Shown: positions 28,823 to 40,064, counted from the first letter of the stretch. The stretch is DNA of 58,302 nucleotides from an uncultured virus (IMG/VR IMGVR_UViG_3300021387_000062) (IMGVR_UViG_3300021387_000062); one strand, 5' to 3'. Numbers and translations are program-made. The notes: generated by a model from the sequence alone, not told the origin.

Positions 28823-29358
28823 TCAATTACATCCTTTATATCACTTGGGAACTCGCCATAAATCATTCCTTTATGTCTAAAATGATTATGAATATTTTCA
28901 ACCCAAGAAATACTTTTCCACATAGACCGTCGGTGAGTACCCACATATTCAAAAGATAGCGGTGCTTCAAAAAGCATAAATAACTTTATCATCTGTTCTT
29001 TTGGAATCACTCTACTTCTTTTTTTATTGTTCTCTAAGCAAAGTTTTGGAAGAGCATCTACCCAAATTAAATGATGCTCAAAACCAGAAAACCAATTAAG
29101 AAACTCTGCTCTATCACAATATGTGGGTGCATTAGTATCAACAACTACGTCTTGCCCAGCTATTTCTGCTGCATGAATCTGTCGGAAGAAAGTCATCCAT
29201 ACATCAAATTTATTATCATGAGAAGTGGGATCACCATTAAAAGTAGCATACATATCATCAATAGAAAGATACCTAAATCCATTCTTTCGCGCAAGTTCAC
29301 GTGCATATGTAGACTTGCCACTACCAGGATGACCGCACATCAAAAACATTTTTGCCAT
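28819..29358 (-). CDS. P-loop (AAA_33) kinase
   Basis: GHPGSGKST, SIDD, VVDTN. Confidence 0.8.
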   Translation of the reverse strand: MAKMFLMCGHPGSGKSTYARELARKNGFRYLSIDDMYATFNGDPTSHDNKFDVWMTFFRQIHAAEIAGQDVVVDTNAPTYCDRAEFLNWFSGFEHHLIWVDALPKLCLENNKKRSRVIPKEQMIKLFMLFEAPLSFEYVGTHRRSMWKSISWVENIHNHFRHKGMIYGEFPSDIKDVIE

Positions 29359-29670
29359 TTAGATTTCCCTCCATCCATTATGTTTAATAATACGACACAT
29401 ATTTTCAATTCCAACTGAATTTTGACTATGAATATGAAAGAAATACCCAGTATCAACAATGCCTTCACGCTCAAGCCAATTCAGAATCTCAATATGGTCG
29501 CCACCGTCTTTAGCGTAATCACCAGCATCATGATCGAGATCAATTATAATAGTATCATCTCGCATATTACTTTCATAAGTACGAATTGCTGATTTAGCTC
29601 CATTAACAGTCCGACACCAGAGCCAACTCGTATCGGGCGGCCGACGTGTGTCATCAATCCAGAGCTTCAT
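29359..29670 (-). CDS. cyclic-phosphate-processing receiver-domain-like protein
   Basis: MKLWIDDTRRPP...DLDHD...IHSQNSVG. Confidence 0.7.
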   Translation of the reverse strand: MKLWIDDTRRPPDTSWLWCRTVNGAKSAIRTYESNMRDDTIIIDLDHDAGDYAKDGGDHIEILNWLEREGIVDTGYFFHIHSQNSVGIENMCRIIKHNGWREI

Positions 29671-29892
29671 TTTTATTCTCCCTTCTCTCATTTTCTGTAT
29701 ATATTATAACATAAAAATCTAAAAAAGTCAAAATAAAAAGAAGAACTATACCCTTCAATAGTTCTTCTTCTGAATGGTGCATAGTACAACCTATGCTTAC
29801 AGAGTTCTTCCCTGGAGTTCCCATGCTTTTTAACCGTTCGATACATGGTGGTGGACCTCGGAGTTCAGAAGCCATCATTAATTACTTAAAAA

Positions 29893-29999
29893 CAAGGCAC
29901 TAAATAAAAAGGATTTTCACGGATTAACCGTAATTATAATAACAAGTTATAATTTTATCTATAAAATCATTAAATCAATAAATTGCTGTATGTGCCTTT
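29893..29999 (-). ncRNA. ACAGCAA-family ncRNA G
   Basis: AAGGCAC-ATACAGCAA...GTGCCTT. Confidence 0.65.
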
Positions 30000-30125
30000 A
30001 ATTATATATAAATATCCTACTTTCCCCTCGGTGCGCTACTATTAACGCATTTCCCCGGTGTCTAGAACGGTGAGAACATTACATCTCGTTTCCTCCCCTC
30101 GAGGTCGGCTTTCACTTGGATATTT

Positions 30126-30530
30126 TTACCAACTATCAATATCTGTTATATCTTCTGACTGGCCACAGATGGGGCAAGTTATCTTTATACAAGTACCTAA
30201 ACCAGTACCAGTAAGCTCATAAATATATGTATTACCAGCACTTTTACTATTCAGTGGTAGCGCGCATTTTTCGTAGTGTCTACTCCGAAAATCACGTTCC
30301 GCTTTTGCTTCTTTATCAGACATAAGCAATAAACTGCGAGAATAAAGCTCGTCAACTTTATCTTTATATTTTTGAATCTCTGAGTCTTTATTATATTCTT
30401 CTAACTTTTTCTTATAATATTCAACTTGACCTTCTAATACTTCATATGTATCTCTAAGATTCTTACAGATAGTATCTATATCTTTTACTTCAACAAGTTT
30501 CCCATCTTTATTTGATGCAAAGTAACTCAT
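30126..30530 (-). CDS. hypothetical protein
   Basis: RBS GGAG before MSYFAS; TGLG...CPICG. Confidence 0.65.
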   Translation of the reverse strand: MSYFASNKDGKLVEVKDIDTICKNLRDTYEVLEGQVEYYKKKLEEYNKDSEIQKYKDKVDELYSRSLLLMSDKEAKAERDFRSRHYEKCALPLNSKSAGNTYIYELTGTGLGTCIKITCPICGQSEDITDIDSW

Positions 30531-30672
30531 AATTATCTCCAAAATTATATTAAGGGTAGCGTATATCCTCATAGCTATTTCCGCCGCCGTTACCTTTTAG
30601 TCAGTAACAGTGAAATAGTTCCCCATAATGAGTCTTATTTATAAGAAAGGAGGTACTAAAAATGAACAGTAG

Positions 30673-30746
30673 TGGTTGCGGTCGGATGATTCGAACATCG
30701 TCTTAAGTTTATGAGACTTATGAGCTACCATTGCTCCACCACCGCA
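30673..30746 (-). tRNA. tRNA with CAU anticodon (Met type)
   Basis: TAAGT-CTCATAA-ACTTA; CCA. Confidence 0.82.
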
Positions 30747-30918
30747 ATATATAGAGTAGTTTAAGCTCTTACTCAGGAGCTATAATAGCCAATTGGGCTA
30801 TCCTTACTAGAAGGTTTCATATGCTTGTTTTTCATAATCTGTTATCCTCCTATTTTAATTTTTAGTGGTTTAAAGTTCCACCAGAACTACCAAGATATTT
30901 ATCGTCGCTTGGACGACC

Positions 30919-30995
30919 TGGGCGGAGGTTGGATTTGAACCAACGATTTCCTATTTGACGCCATAGGCGAGGACAACCAAACTCCTCTACTCCGT
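30919..30995 (-). tRNA. tRNA-like gene of undetermined identity (8-nt loop GGCGTCAA), possibly pseudo
   Basis: Good D and T arms; irregular anticodon loop and acceptor end. Confidence 0.55.
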
Positions 30996-31072
30996 TGGTG
31001 ATCCCCGCGGGATTCGAACCCAGCATTACAGCCTTGAAAGGGCTGTGACCTGACCTGTTAGTCGAGGAGACC
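30996..31072 (-). tRNA. tRNA-Glu(UUC)
   Basis: Loop CTTTCAA, CCA. Confidence 0.92.
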
Positions 31073-31075
31073 ATA

Positions 31076-31690
31076 AGCTGATTGATTTATATACCGCGCT
31101 CCCAGCTCTCGCGGTAGAATACAAGCCCTAATTTCTATACCGTTTGCTTGCTGGTCACTAAAACGGTCGGTATGCGATACTTTTCCACGGCTCCCATCTC
31201 TCTCATAGCCGAAATTACGCTAGCCATTTGGTACTGTTGTATCTGACTTCAATCGTCAGGCTGGGGACATCCAGCAAGTATCTATGTAGTTGAGCAGTAG
31301 ATAGAATCTCTTCTACCATACCTAGGAGCTTTCGCAAGTAAATTTCTATCTCACTTTTACCTGACACGGGCCGCCGCGAGAAGGCACTCCATTTGTGACC
31401 CGCATATGGTGTCCCATGAATGACGCTCAACTCATTCATTATACCCTTTTGAGACAATCTCCAGGCGCCGGCGAACGTTTTTCCGGACTTATGGGACGAT
31501 TTAAATTTTACTCACATTTACCATTCCATATGCCCTTATGTTCTGGTGATTGGGAATTAGTGACTATTACCCAATTCTTCGCTCCTCCACGGGCGAGCTG
31601 TCCGGCGCTCTCATTAACGTAGTTGCTCACGTTTTGGATGTACAGTTCCTCACGACTTCTCTGCACAGAAGTCGATGGCGCTATAATGGT
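31076..31690 (-). ncRNA. large (about 600 nt) putative structured ncRNA, ROOL-like candidate
   Basis: No credible ORF, many hairpins, directly upstream of tRNA-Glu; size and context fit ROOL, unverified. Confidence 0.5.
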
Positions 31691-31879
31691 AATAGATTAA
31701 GTCTATTAATCTTCTTCTTGATAAGCACCGCCATATACCCAACGGCACCAATCATCATATTCATCGGGAATAATCTCTTCAACTTGCTGCATTGTATCAA
31801 AATCATCAAACATTTTATTTATCCCCTTTCTTTATCTTACATATATATTATATACTAAATTTTGAAAAAAATCAAATTT

Positions 31880-32347
31880 TTACTTTACGCCGTTCAAAAA
31901 AGAAATTGCTTCATTCACGTCTTCATCAGTGAGACCAATACCACCATTTATTTGAATAAGATGATCTCTATATATACTCATATCATACCAATCATCTAGA
32001 ATTACAAAAGACTCTATATCTAAATCTTTATGTAATTCAAACCATTCATTAATAGCAGCACCACGACTCGGCCGCATAGGCATTGGAAGAGCATCCCAAA
32101 TTTCCATACCATATTCTTTAAGTTTATCTCTAAGTTGGTTAAAGAATGGTTCATTCTTAGACTCGTCTTCTCTATTCCAACCATCCCGCCATGTAGAACT
32201 TAATACGATCTTGGCGCCCGTGGCATCAATTATTCGTTTCAGACGTTCAACTAGATAATCATCAACAAAGCACCATCCATCAAATGTTATGGTACGTGTC
32301 AAATTATTATTTAGTACACCGTCAACGTCAAGAAATAGTAACTTCAT
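31880..32347 (-). CDS. HAD phosphatase (RNA-repair-associated type)
   Basis: FLDVDGVLN, LSSTWR, VILDD. Confidence 0.8.
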   Translation of the reverse strand: MKLLFLDVDGVLNNNLTRTITFDGWCFVDDYLVERLKRIIDATGAKIVLSSTWRDGWNREDESKNEPFFNQLRDKLKEYGMEIWDALPMPMRPSRGAAINEWFELHKDLDIESFVILDDWYDMSIYRDHLIQINGGIGLTDEDVNEAISFLNGVK

Positions 32348-32691
32348 TTCTTATATTCCTTTACTTTCTCATTCCATCTATTAATTGCCTTTTGCATAGC
32401 TTTTTCATCACTATACATACTAGTCATAACAATTGGATAAAAGAAAGGACAACCAAGATTAGCACAGCTTACAACACAGAGATGCATAAATCCACTACGT
32501 TCAAACTTAACAGTGGGTAACTGATTACATCTCGGGCATAATTCTACTGATGGCATCCTATTCTCCCTTCTTAAACTTTGACCTATCGTAAGATCCTTTA
32601 CCTTTTTTATTTTTGAGATAATATCCCTTTTTTCTAAACTCTAAAAACTGCTGAAGCTCTTCTCCAGTTTTCTTAAAGACTTGCTTATCCA

Positions 32692-33000
32692 TTACAAATT
32701 CAACTCCTTAAAATTAATAATCTTCGCAAGTTCATTAGCTCTTTGATTCAATTTATTTAAGAAATCTTTATTGGGTTCTTTCCAAACAGCAGATACATAT
32801 TTATGGCCTTTCCCATAAAGAGAAGCCCCATTCTGCCTACAATATCTTAACCATTGCGGCCAGCTTAACCCACTAATTCTACAAGCCAAAAGATTAAAAC
32901 TACCCGTAATAGGTTTACCTTCTGTCCAAAATTCATCCCAAACTGGGCAAATAGTCCACCCATTATTACTGGATTCTCTATATACAAAGTAAGACTTCAT
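32692..33000 (-). CDS. hypothetical protein
   Basis: ORF in operon. Confidence 0.6.
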   Translation of the reverse strand: MKSYFVYRESSNNGWTICPVWDEFWTEGKPITGSFNLLACRISGLSWPQWLRYCRQNGASLYGKGHKYVSAVWKEPNKDFLNKLNQRANELAKIINFKELNL

Positions 33001-33278
33001 ATAAGCATTTCCTTCCACAGTTGTTTAATCTCTTTCTCTTCTTCTGGCGTCAAACAAGTAATATCATACCAAGACGGCAATTTTTCTGCTATCTCTTCAA
33101 TAGGTGGCAGTTCAATATCTACCGCTTCAACTTTCTGCTCACTTTTATAATCAGAAATTACATACTTCCTTACAGTGGAAGCAGACCAACCAGTTACCGC
33201 GGCCGCTCCACTGTAAGTCCCACAAGCTAGATATGCTTCATTAATTTTTATAATATCGTCAGGTCCAACCCGCTTCAT
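32997..33278 (-). CDS. HTH-containing protein
   Basis: TYSGAAAVTGWSASTVRKYV. Confidence 0.6.
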   Translation of the reverse strand: MKRVGPDDIIKINEAYLACGTYSGAAAVTGWSASTVRKYVISDYKSEQKVEAVDIELPPIEEIAEKLPSWYDITCLTPEEEKEIKQLWKEMLI

Positions 33279-33407
33279 TCTACATCATTCCAATCTTCAG
33301 CATTGGTATATTTCTGAACTCGCTGATTTTTACGCTCTTTATCTCTCTGCTTCTTGGAGTCTTCTTCATCTCGCCAGTCATCTTCCCAATCATCATAAGA
33401 ACGATTT

Positions 33408-33623
33408 TTATCTCGCTTCGCCATCTTTAAGCTCCTTCATAAGATTTGAATAAATTTCATGATACATTTTATCAATCAGATCTTGGTCTTCGATATAGAA
33501 TAAAGTAGTTTCATTACGGCCAACCGCGTTTAGAAGTAGCTGGCCAAGACGAATATCTGGAGTCAATTCCCAAATTCTCTTTAAATCATTTAAAATCTGC
33601 GGAATACGATTCACGTCTCTCAT
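33408..33623 (-). CDS. conserved hypothetical protein (MRDxNRI...PDxRLGQL)
   Basis: Motif; promoter and RBS. Confidence 0.65.
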   Translation of the reverse strand: MRDVNRIPQILNDLKRIWELTPDIRLGQLLLNAVGRNETTLFYIEDQDLIDKMYHEIYSNLMKELKDGEAR

Positions 33624-33670
33624 ATCTTTCCCCTATCTCATTTTCTGTATATATTATACTATAAAATTAT

Positions 33671-34498
33671 TTAATTGTCAAAATTAGGACTCTTTATGAT
33701 CCACCAATCGAGATTTCCAGTCGCATCATATCTGCGCCATCTATCATAGATAACTTCAAGTTCTTCAATATCATGATAATACATTTCAACGTGCGGTCGC
33801 TCCGCTCTATCAGCATGGTAGTGACCAAATAACCAAACATACCATTCACACTGATCTTTTAATTCATCCAGCCAAAGTTCCATAGAATTATCAACAGTAG
33901 ACTGATCTACTAGTGGCAAAAACATATCAACCGGCCGCCATGAATATGGGCAAGTATGAGACATAATAAAATCTATTTTCTTTCCAGAAAAAAGTCTTGA
34001 AGCATCTTCCATTTCTTTACTACTAAGTTGTTCATTATAAAACCAACCAGTTTTCTTGGCATTGGTATAATCTGGATCAAGTTTATCTTGAATTTCAAAA
34101 CAACCTAATCTATACCATTTATCAACGGAATAAGCCCCACCAATTACACCAACAGTATATCCATCAATATTATAAATTCCATAATCTTTAAAGTAACGAA
34201 TATGTGGGTATTCATTTTGAAGATATACATATCCATTTACTTCTGGATCAAAAACTTCGAGCATTCCAAGTAAATCTTGCGGCCGAGCTTCATGATTACC
34301 ACGCACACAATAAATAGTATAACCGCGTTCATTAACTTCTTTTTTCTTTCGTTCATCCGACTTATTTAAATAAAAGTTAAATCCAGCGTCTCCAAGAATT
34401 ATAATTGCTGTATCTTTTGGATCATAATTGTCGAGACAACCATTACACATCCAATTAAAATTACCGTGAGTATCTCCTCGCACCAAGTAATTCTTCAA
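33671..34498 (-). CDS. metallophosphoesterase
   Basis: GDTHG, LGDAG, GNHE, SHTCP, FGHYH. Confidence 0.85.
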   Translation of the reverse strand: MKNYLVRGDTHGNFNWMCNGCLDNYDPKDTAIIILGDAGFNFYLNKSDERKKKEVNERGYTIYCVRGNHEARPQDLLGMLEVFDPEVNGYVYLQNEYPHIRYFKDYGIYNIDGYTVGVIGGAYSVDKWYRLGCFEIQDKLDPDYTNAKKTGWFYNEQLSSKEMEDASRLFSGKKIDFIMSHTCPYSWRPVDMFLPLVDQSTVDNSMELWLDELKDQCEWYVWLFGHYHADRAERPHVEMYYHDIEELEVIYDRWRRYDATGNLDWWIIKSPNFDN

Positions 34499-34618
34499 AG
34501 TTAATCTCTCCTTCCCTTTTTGATAAAATATATAATACTTCATCCCAAGTACAATATATTACCTTTCCATTCTCCCATACTCTATATAGATCTAAATCTT
34601 TAAAATACTGTACAGTTG

Positions 34619-35194
34619 TCATTTTACTCTTTCCTTATAAACATTTTTACTCATACTTGCTATAGTATATCTACCATTATATGAAGCTCCATCATATAAC
34701 GCTGCAATTAATAACCCAGCATAATACGGATCTGTTTCTTCTTCTAGCTATTCCCAAAGATCATGATAATGTTGTAATTCCCAAATTATAAAATCACACT
34801 AAACTTCAATATTATCATATTCACACTCATAAATTCGACAATAATCATAAAAATCATATAAATAATAAATTGAATACCATTGACCTAAACCATACCCACC
34901 GACATTTTGTATAGTCTATATAAATTCATCACGATTTAATTCATATAAATTTTCCGTAAAAGGCTAACATATATCATCTTTCCTTAATGTCCACCCTGGA
35001 ATTGCATCAACTTTATAATTACTTTCTCTTTCAAAATAGCCCATAATACCAGCAGATATTACTGGATTCTAAGTTTTATCTATTAAATAATTCCAAATTT
35101 GATCCGCAGCTTGTCGATCGTACTCTGCGGCCGCCTAATAAGTCGGAAGTATTAGACAAATCAAAATACATATTATTAATATTTTTCTTGACAT
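34619..35194 (-). CDS. phage tail-lysozyme-like protein with N-terminal hydrophobic segment (TAG = Gln)
   Basis: AGIMGYFERES...GYGLGQW; continuous only with TAG readthrough. Confidence 0.7.
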
Positions 35195-35249
35195 CTAACC
35201 ACTCCTAATTCTATATTTATTATATTATAAATTTAAATAAAAATCAAAT

Positions 35250-37061
35250 TTAATTTGTAAATATTGTTCGTAGTCCAAATAATAATTCATCTAATTGCTT
35301 CTAATTAAAATCAATTGACATAGTACCATTTTTCATAGTATAATCCTTGACTATGTCCCATTCTCGTTTTAATTCTTCTTGCTGTTCATCTTTAGACATA
35401 GCCGCGAATTTACTTATAGGGACTTCACCACGCAATGATATATAATCACTATCTGGATATGGACTAGCTGGATTAATTTTTACATTTACAAATTTATTTG
35501 GATCAGTATCTCCTTCTAAATTTTCTAATGTCTGCTAAAGAATCTATGATGCCGTAAAATACGCTCCACCACTATTGAATAAATGGACGCGATTTATACG
35601 TGAACTTGCAGGAGTATCACTAATATTAAATATTTCTTCATAATCATCCCACATCCAAGCTACTGCAACCGCGGCTAAGTAATCTGCTATTTCAGAAATA
35701 CGTCCATCAGCTATACAACCTTTTGTTGTATTATTTAACATAAAAATTAATTTACTAGTCATATTTCCGCCAAGATCTATTTTTTTAAGATTAGACATAC
35801 GATTATAAAAATTACCTTCTCCTTCAATCTATAAATTGTAATTTGAAGTATAACCTTTAATATTTTCTGTTAATTCAAACATTTCACCGACACTAGTAGT
35901 TTCTAAAGCTTCATTCACTCGTTTTTCAATCGCACTTAATAAGTTTTCACCATTTTTTGATACATTTTGTGCATAAATTTCATCTACTATACTATCTATA
36001 TCTATATCTGCATTAAAAACTTCAAAACCTATAGCATCTGCTTTTTGCTATACATTATAAACTTCGCCAGTAAATTCATTTTTAATTTCTTTAGTTAATT
36101 CTCCAGTTGCTAATCCTTTCGCACCTATTTTCTATAAACTACCTATAGCATATACTTCAGTACTAAGACCTCTACCTATACTAGCATATATTGCATCAGC
36201 AATATTTTTTGCTATAGCACTAGGTTTTCTAAATTTACCCTTTTTAGTTATAAAATGGCTCATATTAAGTTTTGAATTAGTAATATCTGTAACATTCATA
36301 CTATTATCTTTTAAAGCAATATCAAAATTTAAGGTAGAAAAATTTTCAAAAGCTTTTTTTAAACCATCTACAAATTGTTTTTTTATAAAATTTAAAGAAT
36401 TATTTTTAACATCTGGACTATCTAATATTTTTGTTAAAAATTCATCTACTAAACTACTAAAATCAGTATCAAAATCTAAATGAAGTACATTTGACCCAGC
36501 CTAAGCTTCAATCTATTGCTAAAGTTTATTTTGAATAAATTTAGAAAACTAACTACTCCAAAATTCATTCGTTTTCTAAAAACTTTTAAATCTATTTGAT
36601 GCCGCTTCTTGTTTAAATTTTTCAAGATCTTTGTCTCGCCTAAGTAATAAAGTGTATGCTGTATTATAATCTTTTCCTTCTACTGCCGCGGCAATCTAAT
36701 CTAAATAAGATGGATCAATGATATTCATTTTTCTTAATTGCTCTAATTTTAATCGAAGATAACGTTCTTCTATTCCAGACTAAGCCGCAATAATTTTTCT
36801 TAAATAATCTAAAAACTATCCATAAGAAGCACGTATGTTTGTAGATTTTATATTAAACATACGATCTTCATAAGTAAGACCTTGCTATACCGCGGTTGGG
36901 TTTGGTTCATATCCACCTAAACCACGACGATATATAGAATAGCCATTACTCATAAAAGAAGTGGCACCAGTAAACCACCATGTGGTAGATTCTGTTAACC
37001 CATGATAACGTGTAGTCTTACCTTTATAATAATTCTATGATAAATTTTTATAGTTTGCCAT
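35250..37061 (-). CDS. hypothetical 603-aa protein (many in-frame TAG)
   Basis: RBS AGGAG; ATG 37061 and TAA 35250 in frame with track fragment 35544-35798. Confidence 0.7.
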
Positions 37062-37103
37062 ATTTTTCTCCTATAAAAATAGAGGGACATATTGCCCCTC
37101 TAC

Positions 37104-38994
37104 TTAATCATCCAATAGAGTAGCTAAATTTGCTACTTCACCACGTTCCGTTTTTGGTAAATAAACATATCCAAACAATTTATTACCACTTAATCTATCA
37201 ATCATCTTTATAATGCCATTATCTTTTTCATATACTTTATTATCAACTTGATGTGTATCTGAATTAAGCCACAACTCAGAATTTTCACCAACACGACTAA
37301 TAATCAGCTTTGCAATTTCTGTAGTTATATTCTATGCTTCACAAACATAAATTAAACAATTTTCAAAACTACGGCCGCGTATATGAAGTAATGGAACCAT
37401 TTCAAGCTATCCTTGATTAATAAGCATCTCAGCGCCATCACGACCACCGACTTTATCATATATTGGAGCTAAAGTCCAATCAAGTTTTTCTTCTGCGCTA
37501 CCTTTTAAATAACCTATTTCTGGTACATTAGCAACAGTTACATTCGGTCGGATATAAATAATTTTATCAAACTGACCGCACTCAATATAATCCAGAGCTT
37601 GATTAAGCATTAAAAAATCTTTCATTTACTACCCTCGGTTTCCCGAAATTTATTAAGGGGATTAGACTATATCTTCAACTCTTTTATCCTCTTGGGCGGC
37701 CATTGCCTTAGCACGCTTACGAGTTAATGCAATATGATCATTATTATATAAAAGTTCACATAATTTTATTGCATCTTGGCCATTCCAGACGGCCTTATAC
37801 ACATTATTATAATTTGTAATTTTATTATGTAAATTTTTATTAATTAATAAATCAATTTTTTCTTGAAACTATTTTATAATTGATTCAGTATGTCCAGTAA
37901 TATTTATATGCCAACTATTATTGCTATAAAAGATTGATCCATCTCCATCAATATATCCGCGTAAAAAATCAATTAAATAGTTATCCGGAAAAACAATATT
38001 TGTTACTATATAAGTTTTATTTGGAACGATATTAAATTTTGCTAAATCATCAGCTAACTACTAACTTCTAACTGAAAAACTATATGTACCGTGCGGCCGC
38101 TCACTACGTTTATCATATCTTAAAGAAGCATTACTATTTAATTCTTTTTGAAATAATATTAAAATTTCTTGATCCTCTTCTGATAGTTCTATCCTAATAG
38201 CCGGCGAACGTTTATTCTCTGGATCTAAAGCAATATTACCATCAGCAAATATTAAACCTAAAAAATATGCTTTTGTAGGAGAATCTATTATAGAAAAATA
38301 ATCTTGTTTTAATAAACGATTCTTAGTCTTTGCTTTCTTAATTTCTATACCCCAAGATTTTAAATATTTACTAATAGTATCTGGCTTTGCTCCAAATTTA
38401 CGAGCAATCTCTGTACAAGTAAGACCATCAATAGTATAACTTTTTATGATATAATCTTTTTGTTCTTGTGTCCACTGTCTCTACATTTATTCACCTCCTT
38501 CTAAAATAATATTGGCAATTATGAGTTGTCTCGCACTTCGGGTTAATACCCTACTCCCAATTGGGATAGTCGTTGAACCTTCCGTATAACGGCTTGGCTG
38601 CTGATTACCATATCTTATTGACTTAGGCTTCCAGCAATTCACGAGATATTTTATCATTTAAATCACTTTAAACGGTGGCAAAGAATTTACCACTTCCGTA
38701 TACGCCACGAATTAATTTAACTTTTGTTTTTCGATCTTGAAGCATATCTAATGCTAAAGTCTGTTGATCATTACGTGGTTTTATTGGTTTTGTATATTTA
38801 TTACTAATAATTGGAAATTTTACTTTTCTGAAGTCTCCATTTTGAAAACAATATTTATCAACTACTTTCCCATCTAAATCACTAATTAATAAATACTCAT
38901 TTTCTATAAATTGTGGGGCTAACTATTCTGGATGAGTATAAAACTCAGCCATAGAATCATCAGAGTAAACAAACTCTTTATAGCCAGTATACAT
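37104..38994 (-). CDS. phoH: PhoH-like ATPase, exons 38689-38994 and 37104-37622 (TAG = Gln)
   Basis: Splicing restores GVYGSG|KDF; IGYLKG, IRGRSF, EA*N motifs. Confidence 0.88.
37623..38688 (-). mobile_element. group I intron in phoH
   Basis: P1 GTGGT/GCCAC with U:G; P AATTGCTGGAA, Q AATCAGCAG, R TTCAACGACTA, S AAGATATAGTC; terminal G. Confidence 0.92.
37662..38486 (-). CDS. intron-encoded LAGLIDADG homing endonuclease (TAG = Gln)
   Basis: YFLGLIFADG and FLRGYIDGDG; RBS AAGGAGG. Confidence 0.88.
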
Positions 38995-39003
38995 TAAATC
39001 ACC

Positions 39004-39627
39004 TTATAATAAAACATTAATATCAGTTATAATTTCATCGACAACGCCTTTTTCTAATGCTTCTGGCGCTCGAATATACCAATCTTTATTAATATGTTCT
39101 TCAACTTCAGTGCGAGTATATTTACTTCTTTCAATAATAAAATTGATAAGTTTATCAATCTCTTTCTTATAATCATCAATAGAACTCATAATATTATCAA
39201 AATCACCATTTAATTGCGCGCTGCCTTTGTGAAGAATAAAATAGCTTGATTTAAGAGCCATACGAGCATGGCATGATAAATAAATATAAGACGCGGCGCT
39301 TGCAACCATACCAATAGCAATACCAATAACTGGTGTTTTTGATAATTCAATTACACTACATATTGCGGCCTAAGCATCAAGCTCGCCACCTGGGCTATCA
39401 AATAAAAGTCGAATAGGCTTTCTATCTTCTTCTGGAATATCTTTATCTTCTCTATTCCATTTAGTAATATAGTGTATTAATTCATGAGTCAGATCTCCAG
39501 TAATTTCTTCATTAATCCAAATAGTACGATTAGCAAGATCTTGATAATATTTTACTTGATAAGCGTTGGGAAGCTTTGTATCAAATAAATCTTCAGGGAG
39601 ATCTATATAAAATTCGGTATCATTCAT
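39004..39627 (-). CDS. clpP: ClpP-like protease (one in-frame TAG)
   Basis: DSPGG, VASAAS, ILH, DWY...EALEKGVVD; two track fragments join across TAG 39370-39372. Confidence 0.8.
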
Positions 39628-39785
39628 ACAAATGTACCTCCTATTTAATTATTTATCAGACTAATCCTAATCTGATATTTGAAAGTAACAAAAAATCATC
39701 TAAAATTCATAATATTAATGTTTACATACGTTCTTTGTATATTTCTAAAAACTTATCCTACTTTAAAATAAGGAGGATGATTTCA

Positions 39786-40064
39786 ATGACTAAGAAAACA
39801 ATGGATATAATTTTAGTTATTGTAGGTGTCTCTATCGTAATATTTACTATCATAATGGTTTGGATATATTTAGTTACTGGCGGTATTCCAGACACATTAT
39901 GCACATGCTTCTTTGTAGCCTGCACAGGAGAATGTGGTTTTATGGGCTGGATAAAAACAGCCAAAGTCCGCCAGCAAGATCATGAATGGGAATTAGACCA
40001 AGAAAAAAGACAAAAAGATGAAATTACTTAGATCAAAGAAGAACTAAGTAAAATGGAGGAATAA
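39786..40064 (+). CDS. two-TM holin-like protein (TAG read through)
   Basis: Two hydrophobic helices; readthrough stop lies 2 nt before the next ATG. Confidence 0.6.

Noticed and set aside
30011..30125. RNase P RNA (GAGGAAA-like motif)
   Set aside because: Too short and lacks the P4 partner sequence; kept only as an unclassified ncRNA candidate.
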